From positions 1 to 32,412 of the IMG/VR virus record IMGVR_UViG_3300032218_003932: a stretch of DNA of 32,412 nucleotides; one strand, given 5' to 3'. Below, piece after piece: positions 25,001-32,412 of the stretch. The notes beneath the pieces are model-generated. The model worked only from the letters and a program-made list of their open reading frames with translations. It was not told the origin of the DNA and searched no databases. The position numbers and the translations under genes are program-made. The stretch comes from a virus. Taxonomy: Duplodnaviria; Caudoviricetes. Numbering within the stretch: the first letter of the stretch is position 1; each line of letters starts with the position of its first letter.

Positions 25001-25588
25001 TCTTCTCTTGCAGCTCAAAGAGGTGCAGAACCAAATCAATTTTATCAATTTCCAAATTTTAAACTTCCAAAAATAAATATGGATCAAGCAGATGAATTTT
25101 TTGGAATAAAAAATTTAGGATTAAGTGCATATGACATTAAACCAATAATAAAAAAAATTTCTGATGGTTCTTTTACAATTAATACAGGTCAACTTCAACG
25201 TTTAATAGCAGATAGGACTGACACTAAAGGATTAAAAGTGTTACAAGCATTTTTAAATCTTGAAAAAAAATTAGGAATCACAACAATGATTCCGCGTTTA
25301 CCTAAATTTCATTCAGGAGGAATGGTTCCAGGCGAATATGGACAAGAAATGCTTGCCATGCTTCAAGGTGGAGAAGTAGTATTACCTAAAGAATTAGGTA
25401 AAAGAAATTCATCATATCCCTCTTCTTCAATAATGGACAGTATTTCTAATAACAATGTTACTAATCATTTTGATGTTACAATTAATGTACCTAATACTTC
25501 AGCTAATGCTCAAGAAATTGCACAAGTTGTTATGAGAACAATCAAAACACAGCAAGATAAAGTTTACACCACGGGGAGAGTGATCTAA
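19100..25588 (+). CDS. Tail tape measure protein with C-terminal cargo insert
   Basis: 2162 aa, GGAGG RBS, TTG start. Ala-rich helical core (WAGRQLTVGLTVP...AIPRVGP), hydrophobic Gly-rich segments, AEGGHITGPGTGTSDSIPAYLSNGEYV and FHSGGMVPG motifs. Confidence 0.93.
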   Translation: MSRIELNIVALGNFSNVNSEISALKAKVESLNKTLSGVGLNSNQIASVKNMVAEFDRAVMSTGQFSSKTIQLQSETEKFGKALEGGKLKLREYYNIISQGSKQAQGQLRALALEQTKLQNSLVISDPLRKGMATVYTPKVINEVTNATKIATNQQMLYNLALDRGSTSLINWGKNTQWAGRQLTVGLTVPLTIFGSAAAKVFQNMDAELVRMQKVYGTGLVQPTKEALASIRKDVGSLAKELANSWGVPITETAAMAADLAATGKTGLDLVNATREAIRLSKLGEVDRQQAMQATISLQNVYKLNTKQLSDAVNFLNAVENQTSTSLQDLVDAIPRVGPIVAQMGGSFKDTAAMMVAMKEAGVPAAQSANAIKAALASMINPTKAAREAFKAYGIDVAAIAGNNKGNAIGMLTDLQNKLKDLQPLAREQLVEKMFGKFQMSRITALLDNLNKVGSQSQTVFKLMGASSQQLSNMAQAELKVQTESTTGRYKRAIESLKADLVPIGEQFTKVITRLVQFGDTVVKFVDKLGPLKGVLGIILGFVAVAGPILMLTGVFGNLFGYIFKGIAIMRNLTHGVTGLKGVTGLLTAENIAAANASDLMGKKMIQEAEDVNILGNAITQLNLKLADMQLLMSGASITSPLSTTDIIPSTTIGSPYPKTPQTNASGLQFVHGTPAVILTEEQKLNLKKVSKSDIIKNREIRQGYTNIGFMAPPSINNGNDRMTGIEAASYFEKNAQVATSQLLEAIISTVPSAANNPAVRADMERLAMNLAAELRIAGTAAVSDPVFYGAVERALTKTLTTAAAETQAGIAAAQGVVKVATYGSNVRSKGERKSLNPAEQAAVGNTVYSRTWNSSSPNAQITGTSNTAIADVALLEAANAVSNINNTTPAPTSQAGAAVSKSGILSKIKSPKIGGGMIGMGAMMLSQMLGDKLPSGVSSTISAAGTGAMIGSFIPGIGTLAGAVGGAAVNWISTLMQKEKDHAVVAKATFSESAAAVSMFGGALNDVTITQHSFTDFKPAEQLSQMQTYITQIGKLNDSEPIKVLANSFKDQTSGKSIIGNLKSFAAAQVASGMDPTKVNDMIEAMLTYAGKGHLVAQAQKEIGAATKDVETATVTWIGKLRDASGGISANSTSYNHLSNEQKAYADGLLLVMNRILDVNAPLKTIEANLQAIGEAAGSVKEKYTALILAAQNAGDMGLVKILNNLQSMNFNPGAAAYITKIVQSNPDALRGYSTSPYGPSVNSTKKTRFDSSDTGVLKTNDAKALISIAEDPNTWKAVALSANKIIDAQIADQSQSLTTEEQIKALEKKKKLIDEEIALQQKINDNLKKQQDYLVSQTDLQNQIKMARAGGDFLKVGLLQQQLAAKQQEYNAPQALSSLEKQSKLYADAIQKLQDASAAAQQSVAQASIKALQDQKIKPGEMNAFAQGMIDSFKTSLNSQGQVSVVGNTVTVMQAKQPTAKEITAEAKNSYKLSNSGRGGGNLRWLEGESRVNENAWVTFKVGEFTYAYERNGKDPKVYQVTDNGVDRITLGSVVPNQKAPSARAEGGHITGPGTGTSDSIPAYLSNGEYVIKASAVKQYGKGFFDNVNAQKFAGGGKVDNHATNMYEAYQYPKIGNLDKINPQNRMDHFLNRNIMHPTLLWLDRLISGGSGQNPMMKDNLKELENLSKLSTKDQIKYLGLQTGLDIAGTLPVEKGLSFLGKSALTKTGLLDPIRTVHAASEQPIKLNPNFASSKIIKNIERSAGEIARKNDRIVPTQHSGNVNYQSLYLQDSSDFGLAHQKYWGRAYNILVNEKNPEITGLSKEDFFKKIIENSPGHLSSYGTGRFAGEKSLPQPVTNFIKAANQAYLKAHGLNPNQPISMFRASVDNTKKFLDSGGYYSLDSKMAAKYVHHITRGAGTGRGNANNPLAGLYRAIVNPETFHSPIGLGGMWDEYATVFHPDQITNFTKIGNGVKRNPFDDFSNSSSLAAQRGAEPNQFYQFPNFKLPKINMDQADEFFGIKNLGLSAYDIKPIIKKISDGSFTINTGQLQRLIADRTDTKGLKVLQAFLNLEKKLGITTMIPRLPKFHSGGMVPGEYGQEMLAMLQGGEVVLPKELGKRNSSYPSSSIMDSISNNNVTNHFDVTINVPNTSANAQEIAQVVMRTIKTQQDKVYTTGRVI

Positions 25589-26097
25589 TGAATCTGTCTA
25601 CTGCCAATGGTGTACAGCTATCCTTGGACAACAGTACTTGGTATAATCTTACTGATCATAATAGAGATCCTATTCAAATTAATTATGAACTTATTGAAAG
25701 TACAGCAAGAATGGCTAATGGTACTTTAAGAAAGTATGTTGTAGCCAAAAAATTTAAAATAACCGCATCATGGAAGTCAATTCCTACAGTCGACTCAGAA
25801 CTGGTAGACTCTGGAAAATCATCAAAAGGACCAGCCTGGATAAAAGCATTTTATGAAGGAAATGCCTTTGCTCCCGTATATATTAGACTTATTTATGCTA
25901 AGGAAAAAAATGCTGTTTTAGGAAGTATACCAAATGAAACACACACCACTTCTTATAATGTTGGAGTAAGTCCAACAGATGCAAATAATCCAGCACATGT
26001 CGAGCAAGCTTTTATGACATCATTTAATTATGAAATTATTAAAAGAATGCCAAGATATGATTATGTAAATATGTCTATTGAATTTACGGAGATATAG
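25588..26097 (+). CDS. Putative distal tail (Dit-like) protein
   Basis: RMANGTLRKYVV motif; coupled to the tape measure by TAATG. Confidence 0.6.
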   Translation: MNLSTANGVQLSLDNSTWYNLTDHNRDPIQINYELIESTARMANGTLRKYVVAKKFKITASWKSIPTVDSELVDSGKSSKGPAWIKAFYEGNAFAPVYIRLIYAKEKNAVLGSIPNETHTTSYNVGVSPTDANNPAHVEQAFMTSFNYEIIKRMPRYDYVNMSIEFTEI

Positions 26098-29000
26098 TGT
26101 TAAAGTCCGACAGCGCATTAGCCACTAATTATTTTGACTCAGCATCAATAAGTTTAAGACCGTCTATTTCCGCTGAATGGAATTATAACAGTATTTATCA
26201 GCCATATGCAACATATTCCAGCAATGGAACAAATGCAATGACACTTCCCGCTGCAGTCAACCTCATGCTCCCACAAGCCTGGAATAGGGACAACGCATCC
26301 ATATCCCTAGAACCTTCAACAACAGGTAAGACAACAAGTGTTTTTACTAAAACTAATTCATTAAAGATTGTTAAAGAATATGTAACAGCATGGGATTCAT
26401 ATTCTGATAACGTAGCCCTTGATTTAAATAAAGCTAACTGGGTTGCACAAATTTCTACTACTAAGCTTAATGTCCCCAGTGGTAAAAAATCTTATAAAAT
26501 TGTTTTTTATGCAAAGGCGGTAGAAAACAATCTTATTAATCTATCAGTATCTGCTACACATCCAGATCCTGCTGCCAACCTTTCATTTTCTAAGTTTGTG
26601 CAAATTGATAACGTAGAGTGGACAAAGGTGGAAGTATTGTTTGGAGTAAGACCAGACGACAACAACTCTTACTATTCTGACTATGATCATATTAACTTTA
26701 AAATTGATGCCACAAATACTACCTATTCAAAAGCAAATTGGTCATTTATTATTGATAGATTTGAAGTTTATGAAATAACATATTTTGATTTTCAATATGG
26801 AAGTTTATGGAGTAAGGAAGCAGTATTCAACCCTTTCCGCCCAGGAGAGAGTTATGTTTCTACAGGAAATGCTGACTATGTTTTGCCAACCAACTTTAGA
26901 AAAGTGATAGATGGAGCAACTATATATAATTCCGACGGAACAACAGTTAATCTATTAAACGATACTACTAAAAAGATTAACGGAACCTCGTTAGCAGCAT
27001 GGAATGATCAAATGCCATGTAGTTCAATAACATATTCTCCAAGACTACTATTTGGAAATACTAAAAACCCATTATTTAAGAATGGAATGCTTTCTCCATT
27101 TTCTTCATATAAGTATTTTGTTTCAGATAAAACTTCATCTTACATTGGTGCTACATATGAAGAAAAGATGAAGATTAATAAACTTGTTTTAAAATTTAAT
27201 ATTTCACAATCTAAACCTGATGCAATAACAGCATACTTATATAGCAGCGGAACGCTAGTATCAGCAATAACAATTCCCGCATCATCAATAGATGCATCAG
27301 GTAAATGTACGCTTTATTATCAACAGAACGGAACATGGAGTACTGCAAAATGGGCATCAACTGCAATGCCAGTATTTGATATAGTAGATTTTGGAAAATT
27401 TAAATTTAATGGAACTTCTACAAATGCATATCAAGAAATAAATCAAGTTGTTCTTTATCAAAGTACAGCTACCATTACAAATAATTTTTCTGGGTATCCA
27501 GAAGGAGTAAAAAACGAACTTACAAGATTGCATGTAATAGAAGTTTCCCCAAGACTGGAAGTAGATATTTCAAATTATGTAATAAACTTTGATGTGGCAA
27601 AAGAACTTGATAACAAAAGTAATCTTGTTCCAATTTCTGCTATTTCTGCAAATAGTGCAAATGTTGTTTTAACAAACATTCCAATACCACAAGTTGGATC
27701 TTCTAATAGTCCATTATTTTTATTTTCTACAAATGCAAACGCATCTCCATTAAAAAGCCTTCTTGTAAAAAATGTAAAGTTTTATATTAATTTTAAAATA
27801 AATACACCTGGAATTACAGGTGCAGATTCAATGATCCCAGGCGGGGTATTTTATGTAAATAGTTGGGATACCAAAGATATAGATACAACCACAGTATCAC
27901 TTTTTGATGTTACAAAGTACTTACAATTGCTTCCAGTAAATGATTATGTTACAGCAGGTCAAACATTATTTAATGTAATAACTAATATACTTGATTCTAG
28001 TGGATTTACAGATTATGATTACGATCAGTTGGCAAATATTTGTAGAGATAAATCTCAACAACTTTCAATAAATTATTTCTTTGCTGATTCAAAAAATAAA
28101 ACAGTATTCGATATTCTTAGAGAACTTTTTACAGCTTATCAAGTTGGGGCTTTTATTGATGAGTATGGCGTAATGAGATTTCTTAATCTTAAAAATATTA
28201 CAAAAAATAATCAAACTACATTTACATTAAATGATAGTAATATTTCCACAAAGGGATATGATGAAGTTGTAAAAACTAAAATTGGTAAGATTAATTTTAG
28301 GTACAAGTTACCTCAAGTAACAAGAACTATTAATAGTCAAGAAAATTCCGTAGTACAACCAAAAGTTGTTTGGAAACAAGACAACCTAGATGTAATTACT
28401 TTTAATTATTTAAATGATTCTATATCATCTTTATCGCAACACTTCTTTGATTTATCAGTAAAAGATTTTACAAGTCTCTTATATGGCATAGCGCTAGATG
28501 GAGAAAATTATTGTATTATTGAAGGCGAAATTATGAGCTTTACAGACAAAATGTTTCGTTTTGAATCTTCTTCTGCAGGTAAAACTAAAGATGTAATAGT
28601 AAATAGTTCAGCAGACCTTCAGTATGCAGCAGTAGAGTTTGCTGCTCATATTGGTTTTTCAGACTTAAAGTACAGCCCTACTGGAAGAATCGCAAATGTA
28701 AAAAGAGGTTTATTTAACACTCCAATTAAAACACATATGCTTATGAAAACTGCAGCAGATGTAAAAAACAAATTTACTTGTAAAACAAGAAGTCTTGGAA
28801 ACACAGCTTTTACTGAATCAGACCCACTATCTCCAAATTCTTTAAATTTTATACAAGTAAGAAATTTATTAAATTCTATTACTCATATGATTCCAATAAA
28901 TAGTGGAAGTGGATATAAAACATATTCTACAAAGTTTAGATTTAATACTGCTTCAAACATAACACTTGATTTGCCAAAAACCAGTCTTACCAATTTTTCT

Positions 29001-31607
29001 TCACCAATAAAAGCAGGGCTGTTTCTTGGAATGCAATATGATGAATTAAATAATTCTACATCATCTACTATGTATATAGAATTGCAAAAAGAAAGTGATT
29101 CAAAATATATTTTAAATGCATATTCAATAGATACTTATGGAACAAAAGTTCTATGGCATTCAATAGATGTTTCTGAAAAAATAAATACAGCTTTAAAAAG
29201 TGATGTGCCAAATATTTATCCTGCAAATAATTTTACAAACTTTATAAATCTTCAGTGTGTAATTAATACTATAAATATTAATGTTTTAGTTTCCCCTCCC
29301 CCAGATGTAGATGTTCCCATGCTTAACTACTTTGCCAAAAAACCTTTAGATAATATTACAATATATGCTAATAAGGTTAAGCTTTGTGATTTAAATACAA
29401 CATCTGCAAACGCAGGAATTCAATCTGCATTAATGGTAATACCAAAGACTGGTCAATTTGGATTTTTTACCAACGGCGGAGTGGCTTCTTCTGTAATAGA
29501 ACTTTCAGAAGTATATGCATATGAAAATGAATTAGTAGATAAAAATGTAAATTATCATTTTCAATCAAAAGATTATTTAAATAATATTGTAATTGGAACA
29601 AATAAAACATATAAACATTTTTTTGTTCAATCAAAACCAGAAGTTATTGGTTTAAATTTTTATGATGTTCAATTTGACCCAGCTCCAGTTTTAGGAGCAG
29701 AGCCTGTAAAACTTTCTTATCAGTTTGTATTAAATCCATCTACTACAAATACTGAAGCAATATATCAAAATGTACAAGAAAATGCAGTAGCCTATTCAGA
29801 CATAGCCACTTCTGGTTTTAAAGCAAAGTTCGCTATATTAAACAGATCTCCCTATGCGGTATGGACTAAAAGTGATTCTAATGGCATAAATACTGCTGAC
29901 ATTAATTTTCAAGTTAATTCAGAATTTTTACTTTCAGTAAGTCCTGAAAAAAATATTGAAAGAATAATTGATTCAACAAGTCAAGAAACTGTAGAAATTC
30001 AATCAGATTGGGTGCAGTCCGCAGAATCTGCAAGATCAGTTTCTAATACAATAGTTCAGGCGGTAGATAACTTTAGCAAAGACACTATTGTAACAATGTT
30101 TGGTAATCCTTTAATCCAGTTAGGTGATGTTGCTAAGGTAACATATAATCTTTTAAATATTCCAGAAAGTGCATATTTTGTTCAATCAGTAAGACATTCT
30201 TTTAATCAAGGTCTTACTACATCTCTTACTTTAAATAAAGTTTCCTATACAGGACCAGCAAATGCAAATCCAATTGTTTATATTCCGCCAACAACAGTTT
30301 TAAATAGTTCTTTGTCAAAGCCTTCAGATGTTATTAAAACTGCAACATCTGTGGTGGTTCCAGATGTAGCAAGTTCTATATCTGCTATTGAAAATTTAAA
30401 AGTTTCGTGGGCAAAAGTAGCAAATGCCACTGGCTATGTATTAGAAATTAAAAATGTAGATCCAATTACACATGTTGAAATAGGTGATTATAGAGATATT
30501 TCTAATGCTTTGGTAACAAATAATTTTTATGAAGCTTTAGATATCTTTACAGTAGGGAATTGTTTAAAGATATCTGTATCTTCATATAATAATAATTCTA
30601 CAGGTGCAAGGGCTGCAGACTCTGTAATATATTATACTGTTCAACCTAATCCAAAAGATGCATTAGCCTCGCAAGCACCAATTAATACATTCCTTCCACA
30701 ATTATCAGAATCAAGATCTTCCGAAGATTTTATACCTGGTAATGCAAATACTGGAGTTGTTTCTTGTGATAGAGGATCATGGTCTTATACTGATACTTCA
30801 ACAACATATTCTTATACTTGGTATCTTTGGACAGGAGGAACATGGGCTCTACAATTATCAAATAATATAGATCCTCATCTTTATACTTTTACTAATATAT
30901 CATCATCATTTAAAGTAAAATGTAAAGTTGTTGCTACTAATTCAATTGATTCTACGTCAGCAGAGTCTTATGAATATGAAGTAGTCCCCCGAACAACTTT
31001 GGCAAATTATCATCCTCCACAAGTGACTGGAGCAGCAGCATACATAGCCTGGGACGATGCAATAGTAGTTCACTGGACAGATACAAATGTTTCTGGATCT
31101 ACTTATAAAGTAAGATTGCATTCTTATACTGATATAAATTTTCCTCATGAAATAATAGTTAATTCAGGAATTCAAACGGCAATTTTTGAAACAAATAATA
31201 TGCCAGCAAATCCACAATATGCAGAAATTATAACTGTATGGAATGGTCAAGAGTCTGAACCATTATCTTCAATTCAAATTCAATCAAAGAAAACTTCTAT
31301 AAATAATTTTAAAGCTTCAGGTAATCTTAACCTATCCTGGGATGCTGTAACAGATGCAGATTATTACATTTTAAAAATATCTAAAACAACAGATCCAAAT
31401 TATAATCATGACTCATGGATTCCAGCTCCATCAGATATAATAAGCAAGGCTTTAACTTCAGAATTTACAACAAGCTCCTATATAGCTGGTCAATTTTTAA
31501 CCATTAGTATATCTGCACATTTTTCTGATGGAAAAACAGGTTCAATATTTACTACAACATACGAAGTCGATGCCCCCTTAAGGCAAGTGGGAAGAGGGGT
31601 AGATTAA
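26097..31607 (+). CDS. Large tail-tip/baseplate hub protein with carbohydrate-binding-like and Fn3/Ig-like domains
   Basis: 1836 aa. Hub-type motifs FIDEYGVMRF, IQSDWVQS..SA and GNPLIQLGDV; N-terminal jelly-roll-like segment (IVFYAKA...WTKVEV); C-terminal VSWAKVANATGY and LSWDAVTDADYY repeats. Confidence 0.75.
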   Translation: MLKSDSALATNYFDSASISLRPSISAEWNYNSIYQPYATYSSNGTNAMTLPAAVNLMLPQAWNRDNASISLEPSTTGKTTSVFTKTNSLKIVKEYVTAWDSYSDNVALDLNKANWVAQISTTKLNVPSGKKSYKIVFYAKAVENNLINLSVSATHPDPAANLSFSKFVQIDNVEWTKVEVLFGVRPDDNNSYYSDYDHINFKIDATNTTYSKANWSFIIDRFEVYEITYFDFQYGSLWSKEAVFNPFRPGESYVSTGNADYVLPTNFRKVIDGATIYNSDGTTVNLLNDTTKKINGTSLAAWNDQMPCSSITYSPRLLFGNTKNPLFKNGMLSPFSSYKYFVSDKTSSYIGATYEEKMKINKLVLKFNISQSKPDAITAYLYSSGTLVSAITIPASSIDASGKCTLYYQQNGTWSTAKWASTAMPVFDIVDFGKFKFNGTSTNAYQEINQVVLYQSTATITNNFSGYPEGVKNELTRLHVIEVSPRLEVDISNYVINFDVAKELDNKSNLVPISAISANSANVVLTNIPIPQVGSSNSPLFLFSTNANASPLKSLLVKNVKFYINFKINTPGITGADSMIPGGVFYVNSWDTKDIDTTTVSLFDVTKYLQLLPVNDYVTAGQTLFNVITNILDSSGFTDYDYDQLANICRDKSQQLSINYFFADSKNKTVFDILRELFTAYQVGAFIDEYGVMRFLNLKNITKNNQTTFTLNDSNISTKGYDEVVKTKIGKINFRYKLPQVTRTINSQENSVVQPKVVWKQDNLDVITFNYLNDSISSLSQHFFDLSVKDFTSLLYGIALDGENYCIIEGEIMSFTDKMFRFESSSAGKTKDVIVNSSADLQYAAVEFAAHIGFSDLKYSPTGRIANVKRGLFNTPIKTHMLMKTAADVKNKFTCKTRSLGNTAFTESDPLSPNSLNFIQVRNLLNSITHMIPINSGSGYKTYSTKFRFNTASNITLDLPKTSLTNFSSPIKAGLFLGMQYDELNNSTSSTMYIELQKESDSKYILNAYSIDTYGTKVLWHSIDVSEKINTALKSDVPNIYPANNFTNFINLQCVINTININVLVSPPPDVDVPMLNYFAKKPLDNITIYANKVKLCDLNTTSANAGIQSALMVIPKTGQFGFFTNGGVASSVIELSEVYAYENELVDKNVNYHFQSKDYLNNIVIGTNKTYKHFFVQSKPEVIGLNFYDVQFDPAPVLGAEPVKLSYQFVLNPSTTNTEAIYQNVQENAVAYSDIATSGFKAKFAILNRSPYAVWTKSDSNGINTADINFQVNSEFLLSVSPEKNIERIIDSTSQETVEIQSDWVQSAESARSVSNTIVQAVDNFSKDTIVTMFGNPLIQLGDVAKVTYNLLNIPESAYFVQSVRHSFNQGLTTSLTLNKVSYTGPANANPIVYIPPTTVLNSSLSKPSDVIKTATSVVVPDVASSISAIENLKVSWAKVANATGYVLEIKNVDPITHVEIGDYRDISNALVTNNFYEALDIFTVGNCLKISVSSYNNNSTGARAADSVIYYTVQPNPKDALASQAPINTFLPQLSESRSSEDFIPGNANTGVVSCDRGSWSYTDTSTTYSYTWYLWTGGTWALQLSNNIDPHLYTFTNISSSFKVKCKVVATNSIDSTSAESYEYEVVPRTTLANYHPPQVTGAAAYIAWDDAIVVHWTDTNVSGSTYKVRLHSYTDINFPHEIIVNSGIQTAIFETNNMPANPQYAEIITVWNGQESEPLSSIQIQSKKTSINNFKASGNLNLSWDAVTDADYYILKISKTTDPNYNHDSWIPAPSDIISKALTSEFTTSSYIAGQFLTISISAHFSDGKTGSIFTTTYEVDAPLRQVGRGVD

Positions 31608-31620
31608 AAATGTCCCTGAA

Positions 31621-31629
31621 TGATATAAT
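31621..31629 (+). promoter_or_regulatory. Putative extended -10 promoter (TGATATAAT)
   Basis: Perfect TGnTATAAT in the intergenic gap before the GGAGAG RBS of the gene at 31659. Confidence 0.5.
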
Positions 31630-31658
31630 TAGTATAGTAAATAAAATCTGGAGAGTCA

Positions 31659-32390
31659 ATGCATAATAAGACTGTAAATCAGCCATATAATTATCCACTT
31701 AGAACGCCCAAGCGTGGCATTCTTTATATTGCCGAATCTGATCCTAGAAATAATAAAGACTCTTTAAGAAATCTAAGGGCTTTGTATGATGATGTACAAG
31801 TTATTAAAGATGATGAAATAAGTGGTCGATCTGTAATAAACAATAATGAATCTTTAATTATTGGTAGTTTTAGTTCTGAGGGTATCAATCCATTAAGCAT
31901 ATTATCTCAACCTGTTCAAGAAAAATCTTTAACAGCATCAGATATTAAACCTATACTTACTTTACCAACAGTTCAAACAGTAACTCTTGCTCCGCCAATT
32001 AATATGTCAGTAAATCCAGTTCATGTGTATGGTACTAATGGAAGTCATACAATTAACTTAAATGTATCTTTTGATTCATATATTCAAGGAGCTGTCGCAG
32101 ATGATTTTGAAATAATTATGACAGATCAGACAATTCAACACCCAGGAACAGTAACCAGTATTACAAAGAATTCAAATACAATAACTTGGAATGTTGTAAC
32201 CAGTGCCACAAATTATGTTATTGAAACAAGTGGAAGGGCTCCAATACTTGTGTCAGCACCAGCAGCAAATACAACTACAGTTAGTTATACATTTTCTCCA
32301 GCCTTGTCTGGTCCAAAGAGCATTACAGTTACGCCATATAATAATACAGGAATTTCGGGAACTGCCAAGACTGTCAGTTTAACATTTTAA
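31659..32390 (+). CDS. Minor tail protein with C-terminal Fn3-like domain
   Basis: ITWNVVTSATNYVI...ITVTPYNNTGISG pattern; lies in the tail module. Confidence 0.6.
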   Translation: MHNKTVNQPYNYPLRTPKRGILYIAESDPRNNKDSLRNLRALYDDVQVIKDDEISGRSVINNNESLIIGSFSSEGINPLSILSQPVQEKSLTASDIKPILTLPTVQTVTLAPPINMSVNPVHVYGTNGSHTINLNVSFDSYIQGAVADDFEIIMTDQTIQHPGTVTSITKNSNTITWNVVTSATNYVIETSGRAPILVSAPAANTTTVSYTFSPALSGPKSITVTPYNNTGISGTAKTVSLTF

Positions 32391-32395
32391 GGAGA

Positions 32396-32412
32396 ATGAT
32401 GAAGGGTATATA
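32396..32412 (+). CDS. Start of the next gene (partial; MMKGI...)
   Basis: AAGGAG followed by ATGATG at the window edge; too short to identify. Confidence 0.35.

Noticed and set aside
10775-31148. Short alternative-frame and antisense ORFs inside portal, capsid, tape measure and tail genes
   Set aside because: Fully nested in well-supported long genes, with no RBS or recognisable motifs.
1-32412. Stop-codon reassignment, introns, inteins, tRNAs, DGR or integrase
   Set aside because: Standard-code ORFs tile the window densely with short gaps. I saw no split genes, intein ends, cloverleafs, reverse transcriptase or recombinase motifs by eye.

Overview
Late (virion) region of an AT-rich tailed dsDNA phage; every supported gene is on the + strand. 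From 9912 onward it is a siphovirus-type morphogenesis module: small conserved ORF, portal, prohead protease with a nested scaffold, HK97-type major capsid, neck proteins, tail tube, tail chaperones joined by a clear -1 frameshift site (C CCA AAT), a 2162-aa tape measure, Dit-like protein, large tail-tip protein and Fn3-like protein. No terminase gene is present in the window. The most unusual part is 165-7428. A small gene there encodes a basic leader, a Pro/Phe-only repeat tract (20 PP dipeptides, PPFF/PPxFFx units) and three VRVGGVWK motifs. It is followed directly by a translationally coupled block of five prolyl-hydroxylase-like 2OG-Fe(II) dioxygenases and four DUF6065/dUTPase-fold-like proteins. 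I interpret this, by inference only, as a phage-encoded substrate-plus-tailoring-enzyme system, either a hydroxylated virion fibre or a RiPP-like peptide. The tape measure also carries a toxin-like cargo insert with ADP-ribosyltransferase-like motifs. All family calls come from reading motifs by eye; no searches were run. The host is uncertain; the architecture recalls large actinobacterial siphoviruses.
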